Source of the DNA: Carpediemonas membranifera BICM | Taxonomy: Eukaryota; Protista; Fornicata | Assembly: GCA_019828565.1 (NCBI GenBank) | Contig: JAHDYR010000053.1 | Coordinates: 408,214-472,213, forward strand | Length of the DNA stretch: 64,000 nucleotides | Direction of reading: 5' to 3' | Shown: in pieces, positions 22,227 to 32,000 of the stretch | How positions within the stretch are numbered: position 1 is the stretch's first letter | Layout of the letters: every line of letters starts with the position of its first letter | The notes under the pieces: model-generated | The model's database searches: none | What the model was told of the DNA's origin: nothing | What the model saw: the letters and a program-made list of their open reading frames with translations, nothing else | Position numbers and translations under genes: made by a program

Positions 22227-23729
22227 ATGTGTGACCTCGTTGGAATGTGCATGACCATCGTCTTGGCGGTCGGGGAGTCGTGGAGTCACGAGATGGGCAA
22301 GAGCCATACGGCTGTGATGGGACGCATACGCGCATCCAGAACGACACAATTGGACAAACGAGCTGCTTTTATTGCCGTATATACCTTCTCCGTTTCAGAA
22401 ACCGCGCAGCTCCCCGGGGATATTCCCTCTCTTCTTCGTCTGGCATATTCGAGGCATTTCGGCGAGAATATGCCCCGAGATCGCGACCTAGACATCAAAT
22501 GTTCGGCATTAGGCTCTGCTTCTATCGAATCGCTCCAAGCAATGCTCTCTGAACTGCCCTCTCTCGCACCAACCGCGCAAGTCTTCCTCGACCGTGCCCG
22601 CTCGATCCTCACCAGCGGTCCTCCGCTGTCCATGAACGTCGAGCTCGCGGATGGCGAGGAGCTGCCAGTCGCCCTGCACACGCTGAACCAGGGCGCGGTG
22701 TGGGCGTGTCTCATGGGTGGTGGGGCCAACCCCGACCTCGAGGACGGTCTTCTTGCGGCAGCACGGTCGAAGATGCCGCGAGATATATGGATGCACGGGA
22801 AAATCCGCAAAACGCTTTCCTCCGAGGCCAAGTGCCTCTGGTTCCTCTGCCGCAAGTTCTTCTTCTCACTGAACGTCGCAGAGAAGGACGGTGAGAGCTA
22901 TCAGATGAGCTGGTATAGCAGAAACTACGCGCATCGCGTGTACATGGGCCGCCTCTTCATGCTCGACACCGACAAACAACCCGCCCTCACGAGAGCTTGG
23001 ATGCCCAGGGCCCTCGAGGTCTACAGCAGCGGGTTCACCCACATCGCCAGGACGCCCAAGGGCCTGTGGGGCTGGGGGGATAACCGTTCGAATCAACTTG
23101 GATTCGAGTCAGCGGCCGGCGGTGTCGACCCAACCCGCCTCACCTTCGCCGCCTGCCCCAAGGTCGCCGAGCTCGAGGCCAGCCTGCCCCCCTGGGAGAA
23201 GCACAGGATGGTGACTCATTTGTCGATGCGAAGCGGCCGTTGCTTTCTTCTAACCACCACCGGAGCTATCGTGGCTGGCACCTGTTGTGAATGGTTCGCC
23301 GGTCCTGTACCAAACAAGCGCGTTTTCAACACAGTAGCTGCACCTGCTCACTTTGTCCCAGATCACATCATGAATGAGGAATGGACCGTCGTGTTTTCCA
23401 TGGGCGATCGGCAAATGATCAGCGGATACAACCGCTGCGGCCGACTCGGACTCGGGCATGACAATGAGATGTCTGGGTTGGTCGACCTGCCGTTCAGGGT
23501 CGACTGGGCAATGCCTGCAGCTTACAATTTCAATATTTACCTGAGCAAGCGTCAGCTGCTCTTTGCAGGTGAGGTCCCACGTCATATCGCCCAGTCGGGC
23601 CTGCTTCCAGGGTTTAGAAAGGGTCAGATATGCTGGCGACCCACCCCGCTCCAGTTTCTAGGGAGAGTAACATCGCTCGAGTGTGCTAAGGACTGGATAG
23701 CCTGTAACGACCCGTCCGGGTTATTGTGA
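22227..23729 (+). CDS. RCC1/BLIP-II-like family protein, copy B (C-terminally shorter)
   Basis: Blocks identical to copy A. SGYNRCGRLGLGH motif. Start uncertain. Confidence 0.7.
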   Translation: MCDLVGMCMTIVLAVGESWSHEMGKSHTAVMGRIRASRTTQLDKRAAFIAVYTFSVSETAQLPGDIPSLLRLAYSRHFGENMPRDRDLDIKCSALGSASIESLQAMLSELPSLAPTAQVFLDRARSILTSGPPLSMNVELADGEELPVALHTLNQGAVWACLMGGGANPDLEDGLLAAARSKMPRDIWMHGKIRKTLSSEAKCLWFLCRKFFFSLNVAEKDGESYQMSWYSRNYAHRVYMGRLFMLDTDKQPALTRAWMPRALEVYSSGFTHIARTPKGLWGWGDNRSNQLGFESAAGGVDPTRLTFAACPKVAELEASLPPWEKHRMVTHLSMRSGRCFLLTTTGAIVAGTCCEWFAGPVPNKRVFNTVAAPAHFVPDHIMNEEWTVVFSMGDRQMISGYNRCGRLGLGHDNEMSGLVDLPFRVDWAMPAAYNFNIYLSKRQLLFAGEVPRHIAQSGLLPGFRKGQICWRPTPLQFLGRVTSLECAKDWIACNDPSGLL

Positions 23730-24169
23730 GGAACGGTAGAAATCAATGTCAATGGCATGTTCTGTCATGGAAGCAACATGACATGCAAGCCAGTATCACA
23801 CCATAGCGGACTGCACCTTGTGCTGAGTCGACTCGGCTTTGTCTATTGCTATAAGCTACCCAAGACCCACACCCAACTTGCCGTGTTAGCTGGGCAGGGG
23901 AAAGACAGGCATGGTAGGTCAGGGGTAGCCAGTCAACGAGAGGCTGTCATGTCCATGGATCCTGGCAATGCTGGTTGAACTGTTGATTTACATGAATCCC
24001 TTTACACGTCTGTCATGCCGCTGGTCCCCCCGGCTGTGGTGTATTAAAGGCCCTTATGGAAGCCGCCTTCAGCATCGGGCTCAACTTCAAGGCCGTGAAA
24101 ATCGCCATTTTATCACTGACCCCGGCTTCATTGCAACCGCACTGACCAAGCTCAGACACACTGCCTGAC

Positions 24170-25195
24170 CTAGGCTATTACTGCCGCAGCGGCCATCTTG
24201 AGGGCGCCCTCCAGGGTCTTGTTGCCTCCAATAAATCCCGCCGCGTGGACGAACACGCACCCCTCGATGCCACTGGCCTCGTCAAGGGCCGCGTCCCTCA
24301 CACCACGCCAGGGCTCGGGTAGGGGCTTCCGCTGGGAGAACTCCTTCTCGCCCGGGACGGCCTGGATGCGGTACGAGTCGGATGAGGGGAATACGACGTA
24401 AAGCACGGGGGCCTCGCCCTCCTCCTCGACTTCCTTAAGGTGTGCAGGCCAGGGGCAGAACGAGTCAAGGACGACGACCTGACCGGATGCGTGGTGCTGC
24501 TTCCTGGAGGCATAGGCGTCGCTAACCACCTTGCGGGCCGGGAGAGAGTGGCGCACCCAGCGCACGATGGCGTCAGTGAGCTCTTCCCCGACCATATTCA
24601 CCGCCTGGTGGAACATAGCGAGCGCTTCCTCGTCGGTCTGGCTCTGGTTCCAGGCCGGGTTGAGTCTGGCGACGCGAGAGGGGAGGTCGGTAGTGATGCG
24701 GTAGGCGGGGTCCTCAGCGATGGCCCTGCCAGTGTCGTTGGCGTCGATAGCATGCATGAAGGTGTTGTAGACGTGGGTGAAGAGGGTCTCGGTGAAAGCT
24801 GCGGGGCACGAGAGCGAGTGCTTGGCGAGGATGGAATCGATCACCCGGCGACCGTAGTGGCGGTAGATCAGGCCGGCGGAAGAGAGCTTGGTGCCGGCGA
24901 ACTTCTCGTCGAGCTCAGCCATTGTCTCTGCGAAACCGCGCTGGTGGTGATCGAAGCGGAGCTTCTCGGCATCGTAGACGCCGCCTGTGTGAGGAATGGA
25001 GCAGAATACATGCCAACATCAACGACAATCGTGCACTTATCGAGCACATCGTTGTCGCGGGTGCGAATGACCTCGGCGTTCTCGTAGTCGGGGAGCTGCT
25101 TGAGCATGAAGACTGCGCACGCCTGAGTAAGTGTAAAGAGAGGCACGTGCTTCATCAGCGTGGAATTTACCGCTATGGGTACCAATAGAGACCAT
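24170..25195 (-). CDS. MYG1: MYG1 exonuclease, 3 exons (GC-AG introns 25150-25123 and 25013-24985)
   Basis: Spliced product IGTHSGKFHADEACAVFML...RTRD...VVDVGGVYD...FDHHQRGF...KLSSAGLIY...FVHAAGFIGG. Confidence 0.93.
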
Positions 25196-25429
25196 TCCGC
25201 TTCGTTCTGTTTCCAAAGCTGCACACCGTGACGACGCCACGGCTCAAGACAGGCAATGCCACGCCAGGCAAGCGGTGGCGAAGTCCATGATGACGATGTC
25301 CATTCGTTCAGCCAGTCCCACACCAAGCTTGGTAGAAGTCACCCACAGAGCCGTCATCCCCGACCAACAACATCCCCGAAGCCCATGAGAGCTTGGCTTT
25401 AACTAAACATATCATATAACAACATCGGC

Positions 25430-27889
25430 CTACGACACGAGGTTGAAGGGCAGGCTGTTCCTGCGCATTCGGCTCACAGGACGACCCATGCTCCCGGGCC
25501 GCGCACCTGGACCCAGCCGGCCGCTCGAATCACCGCCGCCCACACTGCTGTTGAGCATAGGATCGTAATCATTTGATTCGAGTGTTCTCATGCCCTTAAC
25601 GCGCACAACCTTCGAAACACAGTCAAGGGGTATGGTACCGCGGATGCCGTCAGTCAAAAAGACGGGCCCGACCTTGCTGAACTTGAGGCCGGAGACCACA
25701 AGCTTCTGCACGTCCAGGAAAATGATCACATCATACAAGTCGACCTCGCCGGATGACTTGAGTTGAGTCAAAATCGCAGCGTCATAAAGTGCAATCTTGT
25801 CCTTATCCCCCAGGCCAATTGCCCCGTTCGAACACGTCCGGGACCACCCCGCGCTGGTCTTGAGAGCGCACAGGGCTGTGGGGAGCTTGGTGACAGAGTG
25901 CACTGGCTTGGGGAGGTCGACATCGACAGCAACACGATGGCCCCAGACGGCCCTGAGCTGCATAGAGCCGCCAGATGTCCGGAACTCGATCCTGTGGAGT
26001 GGATCAGAGTCAATGGCGGTCAAGACATGTGTACGCCGGACAAGAGAGAATTCGGGCAATTTGAGGACAGAGTTGAGCTCGACCCAACCGCTAACATCAG
26101 GCCGAAGTCCGTCCGAGAAGTGCCGGAGAGAGCTGGTCAGCTTCTTCAACAGCACGAGCGGCGGGACGACGTCGGCCACGATGCCCGCCGTGGTCGGAGT
26201 CATCGCCTCAGGAGCAGTACTCGGCTGTGTCTGGACGTTTTGGTTGGGACGACCAGCCCTCCCCATGCCCAGCGTGTCTCTGTCTCTTGCGGGAACAGGC
26301 TGAGGCGTGTCCGCAATGCTGAGAGACCCCGCCCTTGCGGCCAGTCTAGTGACCGTATTCCCGCTCAACGGACGGCCTGACTGCACCAGAGTCGTGACCT
26401 TGGAAGAAAATGACGAGTTCAAAGTGGAAGAGAGCGAGGAGTTGCCGGAGTTCGGCTGTGGCGACTCAGCCCACAGTCGCGACACAGCCCGGGGTCCACC
26501 ATGGGCCGTGGGGACGGGGCGGACTGGGTGCTTCGGCTTGGACGCAGCCTTGGGCGCTGGTGTTGCCCTGGTGGTGTACTGTTCATAAAGACACCTGTTC
26601 TGGGCCGAGGAAGAGGCTGGGTCGGCTCCGTTCAGGGCTGATTGGGCCCTGGGCTGGGTGGAGCCGTGGCTTGGCCTGGAGCTCCTAGAGTGGCTGCGGG
26701 GGGCGAGGGGGTCAGGTCCAGTGCGGCTCATGCCCTCAACTCCTGCTGAAGTCGCGGGTCGTTCGGGTTGGCGGCGGGTTCCTAGCCTGCTCGGCCTGGA
26801 TTGAAGCATCCGGTCGTAAATGTCAGGTTTCCTCGTGGCCGTCTTCCTTGACCCTCCGAACAGCGTGGCTGTGGTTGCAGTGGTTGCTCCTTCAATAGCT
26901 GGCAGCGTGGGCCTCGAGCTGACTGAGGATGAGGCCAGTGTCTGTCTGAACCGTGACGACATGCCTGCCGAGGTGCTGGGTCGACTCGCAGCGGGTCTGG
27001 TGGGCCTGCGTCGGGCAGGGGAGGGCCGGGGTGAGGGGGAAGGCGGGGCGTGTGCGTTGTCGGGCATCTTGGAGAACCCGCTGGGGCGACTAGGTGCGGC
27101 AATCATGGGTGTGGTCAGCTGGGTATCAGCGCTGTCGTTGGTGTCCGTCTGGGGCTTGGGGTCGGCCTCGATTTGGGCGAGAGAGACAGTCTCGTCGGTG
27201 GAAAGGCGCCTGGTGCTCGCGTACGGCGCCGTTCCCTTCGGGCCAGGACCTGCTCTCTTCGCTATGGCTGCTGGTGTCTGCGGCACTGCCTGCATCAGCT
27301 CTGTAGTCAGCTTAGACCCGGCAGACTTCGAAACTCCGTCCATCACTGCTGCGTGGATGCGACCCGTGGCGATGAGGACCACGTTACCGCTGTAATACTT
27401 CTTCATGATGTCGAACAGCATGGGTACTACGTCTCTGTTGGGATCGTCTGACGGGAGGCGGACCTGGAGATTGCCTAGTACACCAGACGACTCGCAACGG
27501 CGGCAAATGTAGCCAGACTTGGGCCAGACTGCCAGTTCTTCGCAGATGGGGTGGACGTGGACGCCGCAGACCTTGCAGCGGATCAGCTCGCGATGATCGT
27601 TGATCTTGCAGACGCCACAACGATTGCCAGCTGGTGGCTTCTTCGGAGGGTTGCCAAACGGCGATTTGATGCGCACAGCGATGTGTTCTGGGCGCACATC
27701 GATCAGATATCTGAATTTTTCAAGCGGAACGACGGCATTGAAGTTGAAATCACGGAGAGAGAAGAGTTGACGGAACAAAAGCTTCAAGGAAGCCAAGTCT
27801 TCACAATGAACCAGGTATTCATTTCTTGTACTGGTTGTACTTGCTGTGCGAGTGTGTTCAAGCGGCCGTCCTCCTTGGATGCTCGCCAT
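25430..27889 (-). CDS. PHD finger + disordered linker + degenerate Tpt1/KptA (RNA 2'-phosphotransferase-like) domain
   Basis: CGVC...CKVC...HPIC...CRRC (C4HC3). C-terminal LTSSLRH, SGWV, RIEF, RAVWGH, FLTDG...IP match the Tpt1 pattern. Confidence 0.7.
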   Translation of the reverse strand: MASIQGGRPLEHTRTASTTSTRNEYLVHCEDLASLKLLFRQLFSLRDFNFNAVVPLEKFRYLIDVRPEHIAVRIKSPFGNPPKKPPAGNRCGVCKINDHRELIRCKVCGVHVHPICEELAVWPKSGYICRRCESSGVLGNLQVRLPSDDPNRDVVPMLFDIMKKYYSGNVVLIATGRIHAAVMDGVSKSAGSKLTTELMQAVPQTPAAIAKRAGPGPKGTAPYASTRRLSTDETVSLAQIEADPKPQTDTNDSADTQLTTPMIAAPSRPSGFSKMPDNAHAPPSPSPRPSPARRRPTRPAASRPSTSAGMSSRFRQTLASSSVSSRPTLPAIEGATTATTATLFGGSRKTATRKPDIYDRMLQSRPSRLGTRRQPERPATSAGVEGMSRTGPDPLAPRSHSRSSRPSHGSTQPRAQSALNGADPASSSAQNRCLYEQYTTRATPAPKAASKPKHPVRPVPTAHGGPRAVSRLWAESPQPNSGNSSLSSTLNSSFSSKVTTLVQSGRPLSGNTVTRLAARAGSLSIADTPQPVPARDRDTLGMGRAGRPNQNVQTQPSTAPEAMTPTTAGIVADVVPPLVLLKKLTSSLRHFSDGLRPDVSGWVELNSVLKLPEFSLVRRTHVLTAIDSDPLHRIEFRTSGGSMQLRAVWGHRVAVDVDLPKPVHSVTKLPTALCALKTSAGWSRTCSNGAIGLGDKDKIALYDAAILTQLKSSGEVDLYDVIIFLDVQKLVVSGLKFSKVGPVFLTDGIRGTIPLDCVSKVVRVKGMRTLESNDYDPMLNSSVGGGDSSGRLGPGARPGSMGRPVSRMRRNSLPFNLVS

Positions 27890-28121
27890 GCCTCAGTTTC
27901 GGCGTTACGACTGGAAGGCGACTCCGAAATTTCGCCGACATCCACACCCTGACGGGCAGGCAGGGCAGAAGTGGTGCATGCGCAACATAAACAGAGGATA
28001 GTGGAGGATGAGTATGTTTTTTGACTTCGAGCGCAGACCCACCGGGTCTACAAAACGAAATCGGAACAGAAATAAGGGTGAATTTAGAAGAGAGCCAAAT
28101 GATCATACTACAAGGCCACGT

Positions 28122-29300
28122 TCACCTCTCAAGCTTCGCCTGCTCGGCGTCCAACTCCACCAGCGTCGCGGCCAGAGACTCGAGCTGCGAGTCAATATCG
28201 TCATCGTCATTCTTCCCAGTCGACCCGCCGAATTCTCTGAATCCCTCCCCGGAACCACTCTGTCCCGCCCCCACAGGGGTGAGCAGCGTGGCGTTCAGGG
28301 GCTTTGGTGAGACGGGCAGGGGCCGTGGCGGAGGATGTGGCCCCGGTCCCCACAGTTCAAGCGCCGCAGAGGTAATCTTCCTGGGTGCGGCCGGGGCCGG
28401 GGCTGGGTCGGGTCTGGTGTGTGCTGCCCGCCTGGTGCGGCGCCTCTCTCGCTCGAGCTCAGCCTGCTGGTACAGCGAGTCGAAGGGTGTGACTGGCTTG
28501 CTGGTCACCCCATACTCGGTCACCGCGCTCACTCCGCTGCTACCATTGTTATAAATACCACTCACACTCGCCCCTGGCTGACCCGAGCTCGGCCCGGCCC
28601 ACGCGCTGCTTTCTATGCTGACCCTGCCAGACCCAGCTGTAGTAAAGCTCGGAGGCTTGGGCTGCGGTATGCGGGATACGGGGCTCCGCTTTACCGGTGT
28701 GTACGGCTGGTACGGGCCCGGCTTGGGACCAGGCGGGGTAGTGGTGGTGTGTCGGGTGGGTGAGGCGTGGGCGGCCTTCTTCAGGATCCGTTCAGAGTGC
28801 TTGTTGATCTTGGGAGTGAATGTGAGCTCCTCCTCCTCTGCTTTGTCCTTCTGCTCCCGCTTCTCCTGCAGTTTTCGTTGAACGCGGTGAGACCATTCTC
28901 GCTGCGACGCTACAAATGAACGGGTGTCTCTCTTGGCTGCTAACCGCTCCGAATTGGGTGTGATGTTGGGCTGGAAAGTGATTTCTTGCTCCTCTTCGGC
29001 CTGCTTCTGCCTTCTCATTGCCTCGAGTCTTCGATCCCGAATTTCCATTCTCATGCGATCGTACTCATATATATCAGTTTCTCTGTGCTTAGACTTGCTG
29101 TGGATCTTCGGTTTGAATGTCAGAACCTCCGCTTCGGCCTGTGCTTTCTTCATTTCTGCGATTCGCCGATTCTTCTCGGACAGTTTCGCCCATGCGGACA
29201 TGCGCTCGACGAAAGGAAGCATCATTGGATGTGGATCATCGTGCTCTTCGTTCTCCTGCGAGGGCGCCTTCTCAGGTTCTGGCTTCTTTATCACGCCCAT
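28122..29300 (-). CDS. Coiled-coil protein with TFxPxI repeats
   Basis: LTFKPKI, ITFQPNI, LTFTPKIN repeats. Confidence 0.7.
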   Translation of the reverse strand: MGVIKKPEPEKAPSQENEEHDDPHPMMLPFVERMSAWAKLSEKNRRIAEMKKAQAEAEVLTFKPKIHSKSKHRETDIYEYDRMRMEIRDRRLEAMRRQKQAEEEQEITFQPNITPNSERLAAKRDTRSFVASQREWSHRVQRKLQEKREQKDKAEEEELTFTPKINKHSERILKKAAHASPTRHTTTTPPGPKPGPYQPYTPVKRSPVSRIPQPKPPSFTTAGSGRVSIESSAWAGPSSGQPGASVSGIYNNGSSGVSAVTEYGVTSKPVTPFDSLYQQAELERERRRTRRAAHTRPDPAPAPAAPRKITSAALELWGPGPHPPPRPLPVSPKPLNATLLTPVGAGQSGSGEGFREFGGSTGKNDDDDIDSQLESLAATLVELDAEQAKLER

Positions 29301-29515
29301 TTGCGGTAAAACACGACTCAAACCGAGTCGAAAGATCGTGACGCGCCAAGTAAGACTGTGCTCGAGGCTACCTGAGCACCGATAGACCCATGCTCATCTC
29401 GCCTGTGTATGGCCGACCTGGATTGTCACGATGAAGGCCACACGGCTTGACGAAGCTCAGTCAAGAAAGCAGTGGGAGGAATTGAAAGCACAGTCAGACC
29501 ATCTATCCTTAATCT

Positions 29516-31750
29516 TTACAAATTCTCCTCATCCTCCTCGTCCAAGCAGTCGGTGAAATACTCATCGTCGTCATTCCACGCATCTTCCACTAGCTCCTGG
29601 TTGCATACAGCGGGCAGCTCCGCGGTTGAGCTGTGCAGGGCGGGGGATAGGGGGTACTCGGTCACCCCCGTCTCCACCACTCCGTCGTCCGACAGCGCCA
29701 GCGAGTCGGGCGAGTCGGGTGTACCTGGGGAGCCTGACGACGCCACTGTTGTGTCGGGCGTGTCTGATAACAAAGAGGACGCTGGCATGTTCTCCAGTGA
29801 GAGGGGCGATGGCCTTGGTGGCTCCTCCACTGCGGCGTGGGGTGATACGGTGGATGCGGTCGTAGATACCGGTGAATGGGGCGACTCGTTCGACTCAATC
29901 TGACTCGCTGGAGAAGTCGAGGTCGAGGGCTCGGTCCCGTCGGGGGAAATCGCGGTGGCACCGAGAACGGCGCTGCTCATGGCTGACACAGACGCAGCTT
30001 CTGTCGAGACCATGACCGCATCTGCCAAGTCCTTTCTCATCTCGGGCGGGGGTGCGGCGCTGAAGTCCTCCAGCAAAGGCTGCTCGCCGACATCATCCCC
30101 CTCCACCTCTTCCTCCTCTTCCTCCTCGCCAGAGCTCTCACCATCCTCGCTCGGTGCGCATTCAGGGTCTATGTCCACCACAACCAGCTCTCTCGCACGG
30201 TCTCCATCGTGATTGAACTCGACCAAGTCCGCTGAGTCCTCCGAGACAGCCATAAGCTCAAACCAGGTCCCACCCCGATCGCAGTACCGATACTTCCTGG
30301 ACTGGCCTGAGCTCTCGGTAGTATACGTCTGCGCGGCCTCGAAAGGGAGCTCGTACAACCCATACAAAGGACACCAGCACTGGGTCTTGCCCGCAGTGAC
30401 CCAGACCAAATGATTCTGCTCCAGAAAGAATGCGCTGGCACGCTCGGTGAAGTGGAGCTGCGCCGGGTTGAGGCAGACTTGACCCGGGGCGCAGTCGGGC
30501 AGGAGACCAGACTCTACGAGGCAGCACGGGCACTCGCCGAGGAGTAAAAGCTTCCGCTCGCTGTAGAAGAGATGGAACTCTGCCTTACTCGCGAGAAGCT
30601 TGTCTATTCGGAGTGGGGCGGGCTGGAAACCTCGAACATGTCGCGTGTGACCGAGTCCCAGTCGACCAAAGCGGTTAGAGCCAGCAATAACTTGCTGATC
30701 GCCCATCGTCATGACAACTGTGTGCTGAGTGTCTATGATGTGATCTGGGATAAATCCATCGGGCAGAGGGATTCTGTGGAACAGTTGGTCGTCTCTCGCG
30801 TCCTTGCTGAACTGCATGGGGTTTTCTCCGGCAACCACGACCCCGACAGGCGTTACAATGAATGTCCGCTTGTATCCAGCGCAGATAAACTTCACCAGAC
30901 GATGCTTCTCCCAGGGGGGCAGGCTGGCCTCGTACTGGTCTACCTCTGGGCAGGCAGGGAAGGTCAACCTCGTTGGGGGCGAGATAATTACCTTCTCTCC
31001 CATCCCCAGGACACCGTTGCCGTTCCAATACCATCCCCACAACCCCTTGTGTGTCTGCGCAATGTGGCACTTGAGGTAGCCCCGCGTCACGGTGGTAATA
31101 CTAGGCATCCGGGCCCAGTTGAAAGAATGCTCGGCGCTTGTCAGCATTGTCACAAGTCGGCCGTCGTATATCCTGTGTGTGAAGTCACGTGATACCGTCC
31201 CCGGATACCGGTAGACATCCCCGCCGAGCTCGGCGTCCTCGTGGACTTGGAAGAACCTCTTGCAGAGGAACCAGAAGCTCTTGTCGTCTTGAGTGTAGTC
31301 TATTCTACACGCATGGGCCTGTTGTGTTGTTCTTTCGAGGTTTGGGTCCGCGCCGCCGTGGATGAGGCAAGTCCATATAGTGCTGGCGAGCAGCGTGTGC
31401 AGGGTGACCGGGAGCTCTTGGCCGTCCTCGAGATTGGAGTTGATGCTGAGCTGGGGGCCGTTGGTGAGGATTGAGAGGGCCCGGTCGAGGAGGGCCTGTG
31501 CGTTTGGACGAAGCGGTGGGATTCTTCGCAGTATGGCGATAACATCTTCTGGTGGAATGTTGACGGGACGCGGTGCTGTGCGCTTGTTATGCCTAAACGA
31601 AGGCCTTTTCTTCTTGAAATGTAGTGAATGAGTGTAGGCGACAAGAGAGGGAATATCTCCGGGAATATTGGATGTTCCCGCGGCAGAAAGCTTGTACGCT
31701 TCCTTAAGACTCTTGTTTAGCGCCCTTCGTTGAAAATATGTTAGCCCCAT
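29516..31750 (-). CDS. RCC1/BLIP-II-like family protein, copy C with acidic Ser/Pro-rich tail
   Basis: Shared PGDIPSL, ELPVTLHTL, LTFPACP, LPPWEKHR, AGSNRFGRLGLGH motifs. Likely start MGLTY. Confidence 0.75.
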   Translation of the reverse strand: MGLTYFQRRALNKSLKEAYKLSAAGTSNIPGDIPSLVAYTHSLHFKKKRPSFRHNKRTAPRPVNIPPEDVIAILRRIPPLRPNAQALLDRALSILTNGPQLSINSNLEDGQELPVTLHTLLASTIWTCLIHGGADPNLERTTQQAHACRIDYTQDDKSFWFLCKRFFQVHEDAELGGDVYRYPGTVSRDFTHRIYDGRLVTMLTSAEHSFNWARMPSITTVTRGYLKCHIAQTHKGLWGWYWNGNGVLGMGEKVIISPPTRLTFPACPEVDQYEASLPPWEKHRLVKFICAGYKRTFIVTPVGVVVAGENPMQFSKDARDDQLFHRIPLPDGFIPDHIIDTQHTVVMTMGDQQVIAGSNRFGRLGLGHTRHVRGFQPAPLRIDKLLASKAEFHLFYSERKLLLLGECPCCLVESGLLPDCAPGQVCLNPAQLHFTERASAFFLEQNHLVWVTAGKTQCWCPLYGLYELPFEAAQTYTTESSGQSRKYRYCDRGGTWFELMAVSEDSADLVEFNHDGDRARELVVVDIDPECAPSEDGESSGEEEEEEEVEGDDVGEQPLLEDFSAAPPPEMRKDLADAVMVSTEAASVSAMSSAVLGATAISPDGTEPSTSTSPASQIESNESPHSPVSTTASTVSPHAAVEEPPRPSPLSLENMPASSLLSDTPDTTVASSGSPGTPDSPDSLALSDDGVVETGVTEYPLSPALHSSTAELPAVCNQELVEDAWNDDDEYFTDCLDEEDEENL

Positions 31751-32000
31751 GGCCGTTTCAGCCAGCTCGCAGCATCTTGCCGTGACAAGGACTGTAGACG
31801 ACTGTATGGCAAGTCGGGACGCACGGATCCTAGCAGAGCAGTGCTGAGAGCTGGAAACATGGTAAGGCTCTAGCTTTCTGTCTGCCGCGGAGTTATCTTG
31901 CCTGGAGCAGCCGTAGTTTGGGTCACTAATCATCCAACGCAGTTCTACTCAGATTGAATGAGAAATTTACCGTTAAATAATACATGTACAGTCCAGACCC

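Noticed and set aside
20653-23228. Diversity-generating retroelement TR/VR pair
   Set aside because: The differences are not adenine-specific and there is no DGR-type RT. The pattern is block-wise conversion.
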